Below are positions 1 through 9,314 of a stretch of 32,104 bases of DNA, in pieces; position 1 is the first letter of the stretch, and each line of letters opens with the position of its first letter. The notes beneath the pieces were generated by a model, which was not told the DNA's origin, ran no database searches, and saw nothing but the letters and a program-made list of their open reading frames with translations. This DNA is from Chrysochromulina tobinii (lineage: Eukaryota). The position numbers and the translations under genes are program-made. The stretch is taken from assembly GCA_001275005.1 (NCBI GenBank), contig JWZX01003307.1, positions 1 through 32,104 on the forward strand, given 5' to 3'.

Positions 1-54
1 ACCGAGGACATCGAGTGTGCCACCCCCAAAGTCAAGGCTCCCGCACGGCTGTGA
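1..54 (+). CDS. Possible 3' end of an upstream gene, ending in PTS1-like -ARL
   Basis: Frame 1 reads TEDIECATPKVKAPARL then TGA (52-54). Only 17 codons are visible. Confidence 0.3.
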   Translation, partial: TEDIECATPKVKAPARL

Positions 55-386
55 CGCGATGCGATGACAGCATTTATAGCAGAGCACTAGAACAGAGCCC
101 AACATTCGAGATGCGTACCTCCAACATGCGTGCGATGCACGGAGAGGCCTCGGCCGCGTGCCCACAGGGCGCGGGATCCATGTTTTTGAGGACAAAGTTC
201 TCAGGACGGCGCCAAACTTGTTTTCTAGGCAAAACCTGAAGTCAGGAACTAAGGGGGCATGGGTTGGGTCCATCCCAGTGGGCTAGGGGGGCAAAACGCC
301 GCCTTGGGCATCGAAGACACTGGTAGCCCCCCTCACCCAAGACGCCTCTTGAGAAGTTGTTTGAGCTCTTTAGCTCAGTTATACGT

Positions 387-414
387 TACATGTACATGTA
401 GAAAGCTACATGTA
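387..414. repeat. TACATGTA cluster and hairpin
   Basis: TACATGTA at 387, 393 and 407. TACATGTAG-aaag-CTACATGTA (393-414) is a perfect 9-bp stem with a 4-nt loop. Confidence 0.8.
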
Positions 415-817
415 ACTTGGAAGCGAAGTCTGTGAAGCCGAGCGCCAATGGTAACAATGGCAATGCATTCCTTGGAATGCATTGGAGTAAGCCGAGACTC
501 CAGATTCGCTCGAGACTCACTCTTATCGGTCTTCGCCCTTAGCCCCTTACACATCTTCGAACTTGTCTTCGAACACACGCATTATGTCTGGTGCCTTCGA
601 TGCGATACGATTTTCGCGGAGCCGCTGGCCCCGCGCAACCCTCCAGCGCACCAGACGCACGACGAGCACCGCCGGTCCCATCTGGCCGGTCCGCCGCCCG
701 CCATGGCCGGCGATCAACACTTGCCGCGAGCGCCAACAACTAGCTCTAGCAAGCGAGCGTCCAAAATGAGCGACCACTAAGCGACCACCCACCCTACACT
801 CCTACAGTCTTCCCCAA

Positions 818-845
818 GGTCCTGCCAATGTGTAGGTAGCTTGGT
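818..845 (+). repeat. Dispersed 28-bp repeat, copy 1
   Basis: GGTCCTGCCAATGTGTAGGTAGCTTGGT, identical to 18171-18198. Confidence 0.9.
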
Positions 846-1091
846 AAGTTACAAAGTTCTCTCTCTTCCCCTCAAGCGCCAACTAGGGTCTTCCCCTTGG
901 GTCTTCCCTCCCCATTTGGCATTAAGAAAGTACTACTTTTCGGATTGTGGCACTAAAGCCGCGTGACGCACAGGCGAGGGGGTTTGAGTTTTTTAGTTTT
1001 GTCGTGGGTAGGGTACATGTAGCGTGTAGCGTGAACACACGCCGGCGAGTACATGTTCATAGAAGTTTTCTTAGACGTGTAGAGACGACAA

Positions 1092-2474
1092 ATGCGTGCT
1101 GCTGCGGAGGCTGAGGCGCCGCCGATGGTGGAGCGCCTCGACCGTGCTCAGGCTGCGGGTCGCCTCTCAGGCCTCGAGTCGATTGTCGATGTTTGCAAGC
1201 TCGCGGCAGCTGCGGGCAACGACGAGGGCAACGACGCCTCGCTGCGCCGCTGGAAGTTTCCGGAACCGCCCAAGATTGCGGGCGCGTGCTCGCGCAAGAT
1301 GGCCGATGAGATGTTTGACGCGCTCGGCGCGGCCCGCGCCACCGTGCCCGGCTTGAGCGAGGAGGCCGCCCTGAGCCGCCTGCGCGCGCTCCGGGCCGTG
1401 TGCGCGCTCGTCGCCGAGAAGACCAACGCGCACTGGTGCGGCATTTACCAGGTCGTGCAGCCGTCCGCGGGCACCGACCTGGGCCCCTTCGGCGGCGACA
1501 ACGGCGCGCCCAACCTCCTCAAGCTGGCGTACATCGGCGCGCCGTCGCGGCCATACTTCCCTCTGACGGCCGCGTTTGCAGCGGGCTCGAACAACTCGAC
1601 GGTCGCGATGAGCGGGCGCGCCATCGTGTACCACGACATCCTCGCGCTGCCCACCGACTCGCCCTACTACACGTGTGACGCGCGCGTGCGCTCGGAGGCC
1701 TGCGTCCCAATCTTCGGCCCAGCTGGCTCCGATAAAGTGATTGGCATCATGGATGTCGAGGCATTCGAGCCGGACGTGTTCCGACCGGCTGAGGCCCTCG
1801 GCCTCGTCCTCGCCGCGTGCGCACAGCTCTCCACCGCCGACTTACTCCGAGGTCCACTCGCGGCCGCGCCCGCGGCGGCGGCCATCGGCAACGCTGCCAT
1901 CGCCAACGCTTCCGAGGTCAACGCTGCCATCGCCAACGCTGCCGAGGTCAACGCTGCCGACTGCGCAGCATGGGAGGCGCACAGCTGCCGGCTGCCTGCG
2001 AAGCTGTCGACGGCGGATAAGGAGGTGCTCCAGCGGAGTATCACGCTCGCGGACCGCTCGGCGTACTTTGCCCTGAGCACGTGCCCCATCAGCCACGTGG
2101 CAGAGCAGCGGATGGAACAAGTTTCGTCACTGATCACCGCGGATGCATACGCGAAGCTCTTCGAGCCGGGCGTATACCGGTGCGCCAAATGCGAGGACAC
2201 GCTGTACGACCACACGGCCAAGTTCGTCGGCCCGTGCCTGTGGCCCTCGTTTCGCGCGCCGCACCATCCGACGAAAAGCCTCCACTGCATCGATGTGGCG
2301 CCAGGCGCATACAACCAGTACACCTGTGCCGTGAAAGAGCTCTACTGCAAGAAGTGCACACTCTTCCTCGGACATGCTTTCGAGGACGGCGCGACGACGG
2401 GCGACACACACCCCGAGGCGCGCTGGCGCCACTGCGTGCTCTCCCTCTCGCTCATGTTTGGGGCCCTCGACTGA
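1092..2474 (+). CDS. GAF-domain (fRMsr/MsrC-like) plus methionine-R-sulfoxide reductase B fusion, 460 aa
   Basis: GAF part (~1430-1830): HWCGIY, YYTCDARVRSEACVPIF, VIGIMDVEAF. MsrB part (~2150-2460): GVYRCAKC, CLWPSF, ELYCKKCTLFLGHAFEDG, RHCVLS, i.e. two Zn CxxC motifs plus the catalytic Cys position. Confidence 0.88.
   Translation: MRAAAEAEAPPMVERLDRAQAAGRLSGLESIVDVCKLAAAAGNDEGNDASLRRWKFPEPPKIAGACSRKMADEMFDALGAARATVPGLSEEAALSRLRALRAVCALVAEKTNAHWCGIYQVVQPSAGTDLGPFGGDNGAPNLLKLAYIGAPSRPYFPLTAAFAAGSNNSTVAMSGRAIVYHDILALPTDSPYYTCDARVRSEACVPIFGPAGSDKVIGIMDVEAFEPDVFRPAEALGLVLAACAQLSTADLLRGPLAAAPAAAAIGNAAIANASEVNAAIANAAEVNAADCAAWEAHSCRLPAKLSTADKEVLQRSITLADRSAYFALSTCPISHVAEQRMEQVSSLITADAYAKLFEPGVYRCAKCEDTLYDHTAKFVGPCLWPSFRAPHHPTKSLHCIDVAPGAYNQYTCAVKELYCKKCTLFLGHAFEDGATTGDTHPEARWRHCVLSLSLMFGALD
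1889..1958 (+). repeat. In-frame 30-bp tandem repeat in the inter-domain linker
   Basis: CAACGCTGCCATCGCCAACGCT(T/G)CCGAGGT x2 plus a partial third copy; encodes NAAIANA(S/A)EV repeats. Confidence 0.9.
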
Positions 2475-2694
2475 GGCGTCGCGCGGCGGCGAGATTATAG
2501 TCGAGATTAAGGCAAAGGCTCCAGGCGCTCTCACGCTGCCACCCCGTCGACCACCCCGAGGCGGCCCCGCCCTCCGGTCCGTGCCGGTCCGGCATTATCC
2601 AAACAGGGGGATCCCAAACAGAGAGCGTTACACCAAACAGACGGACTCGGACACAGCCATTGTCTTTTCCCCCAGGCCCAGCGCAGCACACCCG

Positions 2695-2786
2695 CTCGTA
2701 AACGATATTAAGTACTCGTAAAATAAAAATCGTACTCGTAAAAAATAAAACCCTTCAAATATATACTCGTAAAAAAATATAAAAAA
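2695..2786. repeat. AT-rich degenerate repeat of CTCGTAAA plus A-tracts
   Basis: CTCGTAAA at 2695, 2715, 2735 and 2766, in an AT-rich patch between two convergent genes. Confidence 0.8.
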
Positions 2787-2888
2787 TGAGAACGACGCGC
2801 CAATTTCGATGGTGCGCAGGAGGGGTGGGCATGGGTGAGGGAGGGGGCGGGGGGAAGGGGCGGAGACCCGCGTGGACACCGCTCAACA

Positions 2889-5390
2889 TCAAGCCGTAAG
2901 GGTGCGTACACGACCCTTTCCGCTCGAGACCGCGTGGGAGACGGCGTCCAAGAGAGTTCCGCCCAGGCTCGCTCGCGCACTCGCGCGGGGCTGCACGGTG
3001 GGCGCCGTGTCGGGCAGCCCGAGGCTCACTCGGATCGGAGCCTCGGGGGTGGCCTGGCCGGCGCCCAAGATGGCGCCCATGAGCTCGCCCGCGGGGCGCG
3101 CGCCATCGACCACGTTGCCGTCGAGGGTGATTTGGATAGCCTCGATCGAGGGGGGGCTCTGCGCCTCCCCTTTGGCTTTGGCATACGCACGGATCGCCGG
3201 GGCCACCAGACTTTCCCGGAGCGGCATGGCGAGCCAGCGCGCGTTGAGCTCCATGGTCATCGAGTACGCGTCGGCGGGGGCTCGTGCAAGGGTCCGCGGG
3301 CTCGCATTCTCTTTGGCATTGCTGTGCACGATGCTGACTACAAAGGTCTTGCTGTCGCTCAGCGGTTCGCCGCCGGCGTCCGCGCTGGCGCTCGCTGCCA
3401 GCGCCGCAGTGAGCCGATCGGGTAGGAGAACTGCCATGCGGACTACCTGGCCGACGGGCACCGACTGCGCGAACGAGAGCGCGCTGGCGCTGCAGTCGAC
3501 GACCTCGCCGTTGAAAGTCGTCACAACCTCGCTCGCGGCGCACGAGGTGTCGCCACTCAAGTGCTTGCCGCTCAGGTAGCCCTCGATCGCGGGCATCACG
3601 AGGGCATCGCGCAGCGGCTTCGCCATCCACTTCGAGACGAGCGTGGTCGAGAGCTGCATGTCGCCAATGTCGAGCGAGAATTGCGCAGACTTGAGTTTCT
3701 TCGCGCCTTTGAGCTTCTTGGGCTTCATCTTCGTGGCCTTCGTGCTCACGGCGGCCGCCTTGTCGGCGGCCACTACCGCGGCCGAGGCCTTCTCCTGCTT
3801 GTGGATCCCCTCATCGCGCGTGACCAATTCATCGATCCACGTTCGGCTCCGAGGCGTTCCTCGAGGCGTCAACTCTCCATCCTGCTGTGAACTCTCCTGC
3901 TGTGAACGCGTCAACTCGCCATCCGGCGCACGCATCCCGCCGCTGAGCGCTTTGGTCTGCGGCGTCATCAGCTCCTCGCCAGCCTGCTCTCCTGCCGGCG
4001 CCTCCATTGCACTCGTGAGCGCGCGGCGGCTCGGCGGCGCCCAAGGCGGCGCCATCGAGTCGTCGTCGCCGCCGGCCGCCGGCGATCCGAGCGAGGCCAG
4101 TGAGGCGGCGCTGCCGCTGCCGCCTTGGCTCGATGGCCACGGCTGCTCGTACGGAGGCGTCAGCATGCGTGCGGTGTACTGTGGAGCCGCGCCCCTGCGT
4201 GAACTCGCGGGTGCCTTGGCCATCTTGGGCTGAGAGCCCGTGCGCGGCGTGCACAGCGGCGCGCCATCCGCCCCCTCCTTCTCAGAGACCGGCGGCAGCG
4301 CGGGCGACGTGGGCGCCGTCGTGGGCGGCATGGGCGCGGCACTTGACGCGGCGCTCAGCGCGGCGCCCAGGGCGGCCGCATCGAGGGCAGCATGCAAGTC
4401 GCGCGCGAGCATCTCGTCCACAGCGAGCGCGGTGCGCGGCGTGAAGGCGGTGATGGGCGAGCGCGCCGCCTCGATGGCGGCCGCCTCGACCACGGCGAGC
4501 GTCGTCGTCTCCGGGTTCGCCGCAGCCGCGTTGTCCTGGGCTGCGCGCCTCGCTGCCGCACGCGCTCGCGAGAGCGCTGCCTCCTTAGCCGCTTCGAGTC
4601 GGGCTCGGCGCTCGTCCTCCGCGGCGCTCATCGCGGCCACCTTGGCGAGCTCGGCAACCTTCGAGTCGCGCTTCGAATCCCTCATAGAGAGCATCGCCGC
4701 CAGGTCGCTCAGCTCCGCCGACTCGTGCCCGTGCCCACCAGTGGGCATCTCGAGCATCGGGCCTGAGCGCCGATTTGGCATCTCGAGGCCGCGAGCGCTG
4801 ATTTGGCCGGTGTGCAGCGCGGCGGGCGCTTGCTTCTTGGGGCGGCTCGGCGGCTCGTCGGCGAGCGCCGTGGTCGGGCTCAAGAGCCGCTGCGCTAATT
4901 CCGCGGGCGAACGGAGGGCAATGAGCGCCGCGTTCAGCTTCCGCAGCTTCAGGCTGCGCAGCTGCAACGGGCTAACCGCCGCATTGATGGCCTCATCCGA
5001 CATGGTTCGCAGGCCCTTGAGCGAGCCCGCGCCGCGGGCGAGCGCATCGAGCAGCCCTGGCGTGTCGGACAAACCAATGTCCTCGAGCCATTGTGCCATC
5101 GCCTCCTCGCTCGCCGGTCGAGGGGTCGTCATGGCTGCAGCAGACCATGCCGCCGTGTGTAGCGGGGTCGTGTGCCGGTAGGAGGGGGGGGCGGTGCCTT
5201 GCGCGCCCATCGGCGTGCTCGGTGCCTGCGCCTCGAAGGCAGCGACCGCAAGAGTCGGACGACGAGGAGGCACCGCAGCAGCAGCAGCAGTTGCTCCGGG
5301 CCCCTCTTCGCCGAAGAAGAGCTCGAAATGGCGCTGCGCCTCCCCGAGACTGGGCACGGACGCCTGCGCCTCGGCCGCGGCGGCCGTCAT
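2889..5390 (-). CDS. SAM-domain protein with low-complexity middle and duplicated C-terminal domain
   Basis: First ATG at 5390 (the ORF track start is TTG). SAM-like segment MAQWLEDIGL...LKLRKLNAALIAL (~4910-5099). Two related C-terminal units: KWMAKPLRDALVMPAIEGY and RWLAMPLRESLVAPAIRAY. Confidence 0.75.
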   Translation of the reverse strand: MTAAAAEAQASVPSLGEAQRHFELFFGEEGPGATAAAAAVPPRRPTLAVAAFEAQAPSTPMGAQGTAPPSYRHTTPLHTAAWSAAAMTTPRPASEEAMAQWLEDIGLSDTPGLLDALARGAGSLKGLRTMSDEAINAAVSPLQLRSLKLRKLNAALIALRSPAELAQRLLSPTTALADEPPSRPKKQAPAALHTGQISARGLEMPNRRSGPMLEMPTGGHGHESAELSDLAAMLSMRDSKRDSKVAELAKVAAMSAAEDERRARLEAAKEAALSRARAAARRAAQDNAAAANPETTTLAVVEAAAIEAARSPITAFTPRTALAVDEMLARDLHAALDAAALGAALSAASSAAPMPPTTAPTSPALPPVSEKEGADGAPLCTPRTGSQPKMAKAPASSRRGAAPQYTARMLTPPYEQPWPSSQGGSGSAASLASLGSPAAGGDDDSMAPPWAPPSRRALTSAMEAPAGEQAGEELMTPQTKALSGGMRAPDGELTRSQQESSQQDGELTPRGTPRSRTWIDELVTRDEGIHKQEKASAAVVAADKAAAVSTKATKMKPKKLKGAKKLKSAQFSLDIGDMQLSTTLVSKWMAKPLRDALVMPAIEGYLSGKHLSGDTSCAASEVVTTFNGEVVDCSASALSFAQSVPVGQVVRMAVLLPDRLTAALAASASADAGGEPLSDSKTFVVSIVHSNAKENASPRTLARAPADAYSMTMELNARWLAMPLRESLVAPAIRAYAKAKGEAQSPPSIEAIQITLDGNVVDGARPAGELMGAILGAGQATPEAPIRVSLGLPDTAPTVQPRASARASLGGTLLDAVSHAVSSGKGRVRTLTA

Positions 5391-5623
5391 GTGGCTCCGC
5401 CCCCAGGCGCGCTGACGACGCGGCAAAGTCCGCAGGGCGTGCGTTGCTTCGGCCGACGGCGCGTTTCAGGTGAACATTAGAAGCCCCCAACATTTCTACT
5501 TTTGCGTCCGCTGTTTTCCTCCACGACCGCCACGACGTTACATGATGAAGTGTTTCATTCACTCCAGTTGAGCGAAGGCCAGTCCGAATGGCAGGGTAGC
5601 TAGTTCAGTTCTTCACAAAATCA

Positions 5624-6394
5624 ATGCCGCTCGACGTCTTCTCCGTCGCGGATGGCCAGATCTTTACGGAGGGGATCAACAGTGTAGCCAACATTAAGGA
5701 ACAATGGTGGACCAACTACCTCGACCGGCGCAACCTGAAGCTCGGCATCGCAATCGGGGCCAACCCGCCCAAGGACCCCGTCATCGTGCCAGAGATGCCA
5801 CGGCTAGCTCTCGGAAAGGCGGCCGCGCGGCCAGTGACCGGCGAGTATAAAGTGACATCGACGCAGCGCGAGTTTGATGAGAGGTCCGCCACGAGCGAGC
5901 TACGCGACTGGATGAGAGAGACCGGCTACTTTGCCAAGCGGCCGTACCACATCAAAGGTACACCCCAACACACGCATCATCGGAGCCGACGGGCGATGGT
6001 AGCGCTGCGTCCCTGCTCACTCTCCATTGTCATGCTCTCCCCACGTTGCCCAGGAATGCCGACCTATTACGGGCGCTCCCTGCACTCGAGCTCGTCCGAT
6101 GGTACCGACTTCTCCTCACGACGAGGCTGAGGAGATCAGGTGCCTCCACAAGAGGTGCCGTTAGGAAATCCTACGAGAAAGTGCATGCATGCTGCTGAGC
6201 CGCCGACCGCACAACGCGCACTTCCTGTGTTTCGTCCGCCGCGGAGCTGTGTAGTCCGTAGACACCATCCTCAGAGACGATCGCGACGCGCACGAGACGT
6301 GATGTTCGCGACAGCGCTATTCGACCGACATGGCGAGTCTGGGCGCGTCGATGCCTCTGTGGATATGTCACCGTTTGACCATGCAGTCATTTAA
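5624..6394 (+). CDS. Hypothetical spliced gene; 3' exon uncertain
   Basis: ATG at 5624 with a coding-like first exon. Probable in-frame intron 5958-6053 (G|GTACAC...CCCAG|GA). Second probable donor at 6102; acceptor and stop unresolved, 6394 is one option. Confidence 0.5.
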
Positions 6395-6537
6395 GAGCAC
6401 ATACGTATTGGCATGTGAACGGATGCGTGCGCTAATCCCAACAATATTTCTAAACCGCGGCGGTGATCGGTCCGCGTCCCAGGGGCGGCCGCTATCGGCC
6501 CTCTCCATCACGACCGTTTACCTACTCGGCCGCGGTC

Positions 6538-7215
6538 TCAAAGCGCCGCCGGGCCGGCTAGCGACTCCTTCTCATAGCTCCTTATGAGGTCGTCGAGGTG
6601 ACACTTGACCCTGCTCCGCTCGCCCTCCCCGAGCCGGTCGACGTACAGCGTGCCATCTAGGTGGTCGTACTCGTGCTGGAAAATGCGTGCTTCCCAACCC
6701 CGAAGCTTCTTGCGCTTCACCTTGCCGTTGAGCCCCTGCCACTTGACCTGGATGTTCTGGCTTCGCATCACGTCGGCGGTGAAGCCTGGGAAGGATAGGC
6801 AGCCTTCCTCCTCGAGTGCGGTGCTCGTGGAATATTCCTCGATCTCAGGGTTGCACAGCACGAGCTCCGACAGCCACTTTTTCGGATCGCCCTCTGGATT
6901 GAAGACCATGAGCCGCTTATTGATGCCGAGCTGCGGCGCGGCGAGACCGACCCCGCGCGACGCGTACATGATGTCAAACATCTCCTTCGTAAGCTGCTTG
7001 AGCTCGTCGTCGAACTCGGTCACGTCAGCGTTCGGCGCGCGCAGCAGCGGGTGAGGGTATTCGAGGATCCGCAGGTTGGTGCCCGCGACAGCACCCGGAT
7101 TGATTTCATCGGCTGACAGCCGCAAGCGGTGCGCACGCTCCTGGCGTGGAGCACTCGTGGATGGTGAGGACGTGGCGGAGAACGCGCAGGCCGTCGTGCA
7201 CAGGAGGAAGAACAT
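6538..7215 (-). CDS. def: Peptide deformylase, probably plastid-targeted
   Basis: All three PDF motifs: GVGLAAPQ, EGCLS, QHEYDHLDG. ATG 7215 gives leader MFFLLCTTACA-FSATSS; an upstream in-frame ATG exists at 7266. Confidence 0.96.
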   Translation of the reverse strand: MFFLLCTTACAFSATSSPSTSAPRQERAHRLRLSADEINPGAVAGTNLRILEYPHPLLRAPNADVTEFDDELKQLTKEMFDIMYASRGVGLAAPQLGINKRLMVFNPEGDPKKWLSELVLCNPEIEEYSTSTALEEEGCLSFPGFTADVMRSQNIQVKWQGLNGKVKRKKLRGWEARIFQHEYDHLDGTLYVDRLGEGERSRVKCHLDDLIRSYEKESLAGPAAL

Positions 7216-7344
7216 CTCCCATACGACGCTCTCGTTCGCCCGACAGGGCGCGTTCCTGTCCCGCATGGAACGCTGAGTCGAATCTCATCCCACCGCACTT
7301 CTGAAATGTGAAACGTCGCGAGGGTGAATCTTTTGCATATTCAT

Positions 7345-7899
7345 ATGTCATTGGATCTGTCAAGGGCCGCGGCGAAGGCAGCGGCATCACAACCCGCTTC
7401 ACCAGCACCGTCAGATATGAGCGCCGCAACCACGACCGTACACGACGATAGCAGCACCCCCCTTGATTTGATAATGAACGTCGTGAAGGACGTGGGCGAT
7501 AACATTGGTGTGGGTATGGGCGAGACCGGCAAGTTCTTCGCTTCTGCTGGTACGGCCGTGGGCGACGGCGTGATGGCCACAGGCAGCCTTGTGACCACCG
7601 GGTTCGATGCGACGCTTGAGACGCTTCCGGTCATCGGTGGCGCCGTCGTATCTGCGGGCACAGCCACGGCCGCGGCCACGGCAAAAGCGCTGGATTGGAT
7701 GGCCGGAAGCCCAAGCAAGGCCAAGGATGATGTTGACGACGACGGCAGGACGCAACAAAGGGTCTCCTTCGCTCCGGTGCCAATGGCTCTTTTGACCACG
7801 GAGATCAACGAGCCACTGCATCCCGTCGCCAAGTTCTTCTCCCAGCTCTTCGGTGCTTTCTGCATGCCGTGCAAGGAGGCGGTTTCGAAGACCACGTGA
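7345..7899 (+). CDS. Hypothetical Gly/Ala/Thr-rich protein with 11-residue periodicity
   Basis: ATG at 7345 or 7417. Natural-looking composition, divergent from def. Confidence 0.6.
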   Translation: MSLDLSRAAAKAAASQPASPAPSDMSAATTTVHDDSSTPLDLIMNVVKDVGDNIGVGMGETGKFFASAGTAVGDGVMATGSLVTTGFDATLETLPVIGGAVVSAGTATAAATAKALDWMAGSPSKAKDDVDDDGRTQQRVSFAPVPMALLTTEINEPLHPVAKFFSQLFGAFCMPCKEAVSKTT

Positions 7900-8187
7900 C
7901 CGTACGTGACCGGACTCGCGCACCCCCATAATACGAGCGGCATCGTGGACCCCATAGCCAGCGCGTGAAGCGCCCTTGATGGGGCGTGGAAGCAGTGCGG
8001 GCCCGACGCGGGGCTTGCCGCAACGCTCTCTGCTCGTCCACAACGACTCAATGTCAGTTGGTGTCACGTAATGGGTGCAGATAGTTACGCACGCCTCCAT
8101 AGTATTAGATCTCGTACATAGTGCGGTTTGCATGACCAGAGACGGCTACCGTGTGTACACACGCCGCGCTCGCGAGGTCCGGGCGCG

Positions 8188-8213
8188 ACAGGTCCCAATT
8201 ACAGGTCCCAATT
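8188..8213 (+). repeat. 13-bp tandem duplication followed by GTAGG repeats
   Basis: ACAGGTCCCAATT x2, then several GTAGG(A) units up to ~8250. Confidence 0.8.
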
Positions 8214-8447
8214 GACATTGTAGGAAATTCGCGTAGGATGTAGGAGTAGGTTCCCCGCCGCCCGCGCGGGGTACGTAGGCGACTTAAACGAAACATCGGT
8301 CATCGCAAATTCGATTTGGATCTTGATACTCACTCGCAGGCCCTCTACGTAGCTTACCATGGTAATGGGCTGGTAGGTGCCGTGACTGGTGCGTGCGGAT
8401 CGTCGTTGCATCCCGTCCTCGCTCGGCTGTCGTCGTGGCCGGTGACG

Positions 8448-9071
8448 TCACAAGATTGCGGCCGCTTGGATCGCTTGCCGCCTTTCTGCGAACGCAAGGG
8501 CCGCGCGCTCCAAGAGAGCGTTCGCATGCCAGCGTTGGATCGACTCCTGTCGAAGGTGCCGCTCTCGCCATTGCTTGAGCCCAACGCGCAAACGCTGATC
8601 CAGAACTTGGCGCTGTACGGCGGCCAGCTGCTGCTTGCGTTCGCGCAACTTCTCGTGCAGAACTCCCGTGTGAATGGTCTCGACGCGGAACTGCTCCTCG
8701 GCGACGGACCTGCGTGCCTTGAGTGCCTCTAGCTTCGGAGCGCTCTCCTTGAGCAGCCGGCGCGAGAGGGCGAGCTGGACCTCGACGGCAGCAACGCCTT
8801 CGTGCAAATGGTCGACGCGATCCCACGCGGCCGTGAGGCATGTTTGCAATTCCTGCGCGTGAACCTCCAGATCCAAACGCTTGTCGGCTCTTTGCTCTCG
8901 ATGATGCCGGCGCAGGTCAACCAGTGTTCTGGCGAGCTCTACGCGGGAGTTTAGCTTGACGAGCTCCGCCTCTGCTTCCTGCATCGCGGCAACGTGTGCC
9001 GCCAGCTCGATGGCATCCTCTGAGGAGGAGGGCGGTTGCTCCGAGCTCGCTGCACCGGTCGTGTTGGGCAT
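8448..9071 (-). CDS. Hypothetical coiled-coil protein
   Basis: First ATG at 9071 (track start is TTG). E/Q/R/L-rich helical sequence such as LHEKLRERKQQLAAVQRQVLDQRL. Confidence 0.65.
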   Translation of the reverse strand: MPNTTGAASSEQPPSSSEDAIELAAHVAAMQEAEAELVKLNSRVELARTLVDLRRHHREQRADKRLDLEVHAQELQTCLTAAWDRVDHLHEGVAAVEVQLALSRRLLKESAPKLEALKARRSVAEEQFRVETIHTGVLHEKLRERKQQLAAVQRQVLDQRLRVGLKQWRERHLRQESIQRWHANALLERAALAFAERRQAIQAAAIL

Positions 9072-9314
9072 CGCCGGTTTCGCCGCACGCGTCTGAGTGG
9101 TGTCTGAGTCGCGCTCGGCCAATGTGTGAGGGACTCACGAGAAAACACCTCTCTTTCCCCACAGCACGCTGTTCGCGCTCGACAACACACCTGTCCTTTC
9201 ATACATGTAGATGGGTGTCTTTTTTTCTCGCGAGATCGCCAAAGCGAAAAGGCCGGCAAGCACAGAGAGGCACCGACGAGTTCTCTTGGTCACAACCGCC
9301 CCTTGGCGCAAGTC

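Noticed and set aside
448..780. 110-aa ORF upstream of the GAF-MsrB gene
   Set aside because: No recognisable motif, overlapping ORFs in several frames, and it sits among repeat-like sequence; cannot be supported as a gene.
2433..2474. Selenocysteine MsrB or TGA readthrough
   Set aside because: The catalytic position is a TGC Cys codon and the TGA lies after the end of the domain.
2695..2786. CRISPR-like array
   Set aside because: Repeat core is only 8-11 bp, spacers are short A-tracts, no cas genes, and the context is eukaryotic.
5542..5620. Box C (ATGATGA) of a C/D snoRNA
   Set aside because: No box D (CTGA) or terminal stem seen at a suitable distance.
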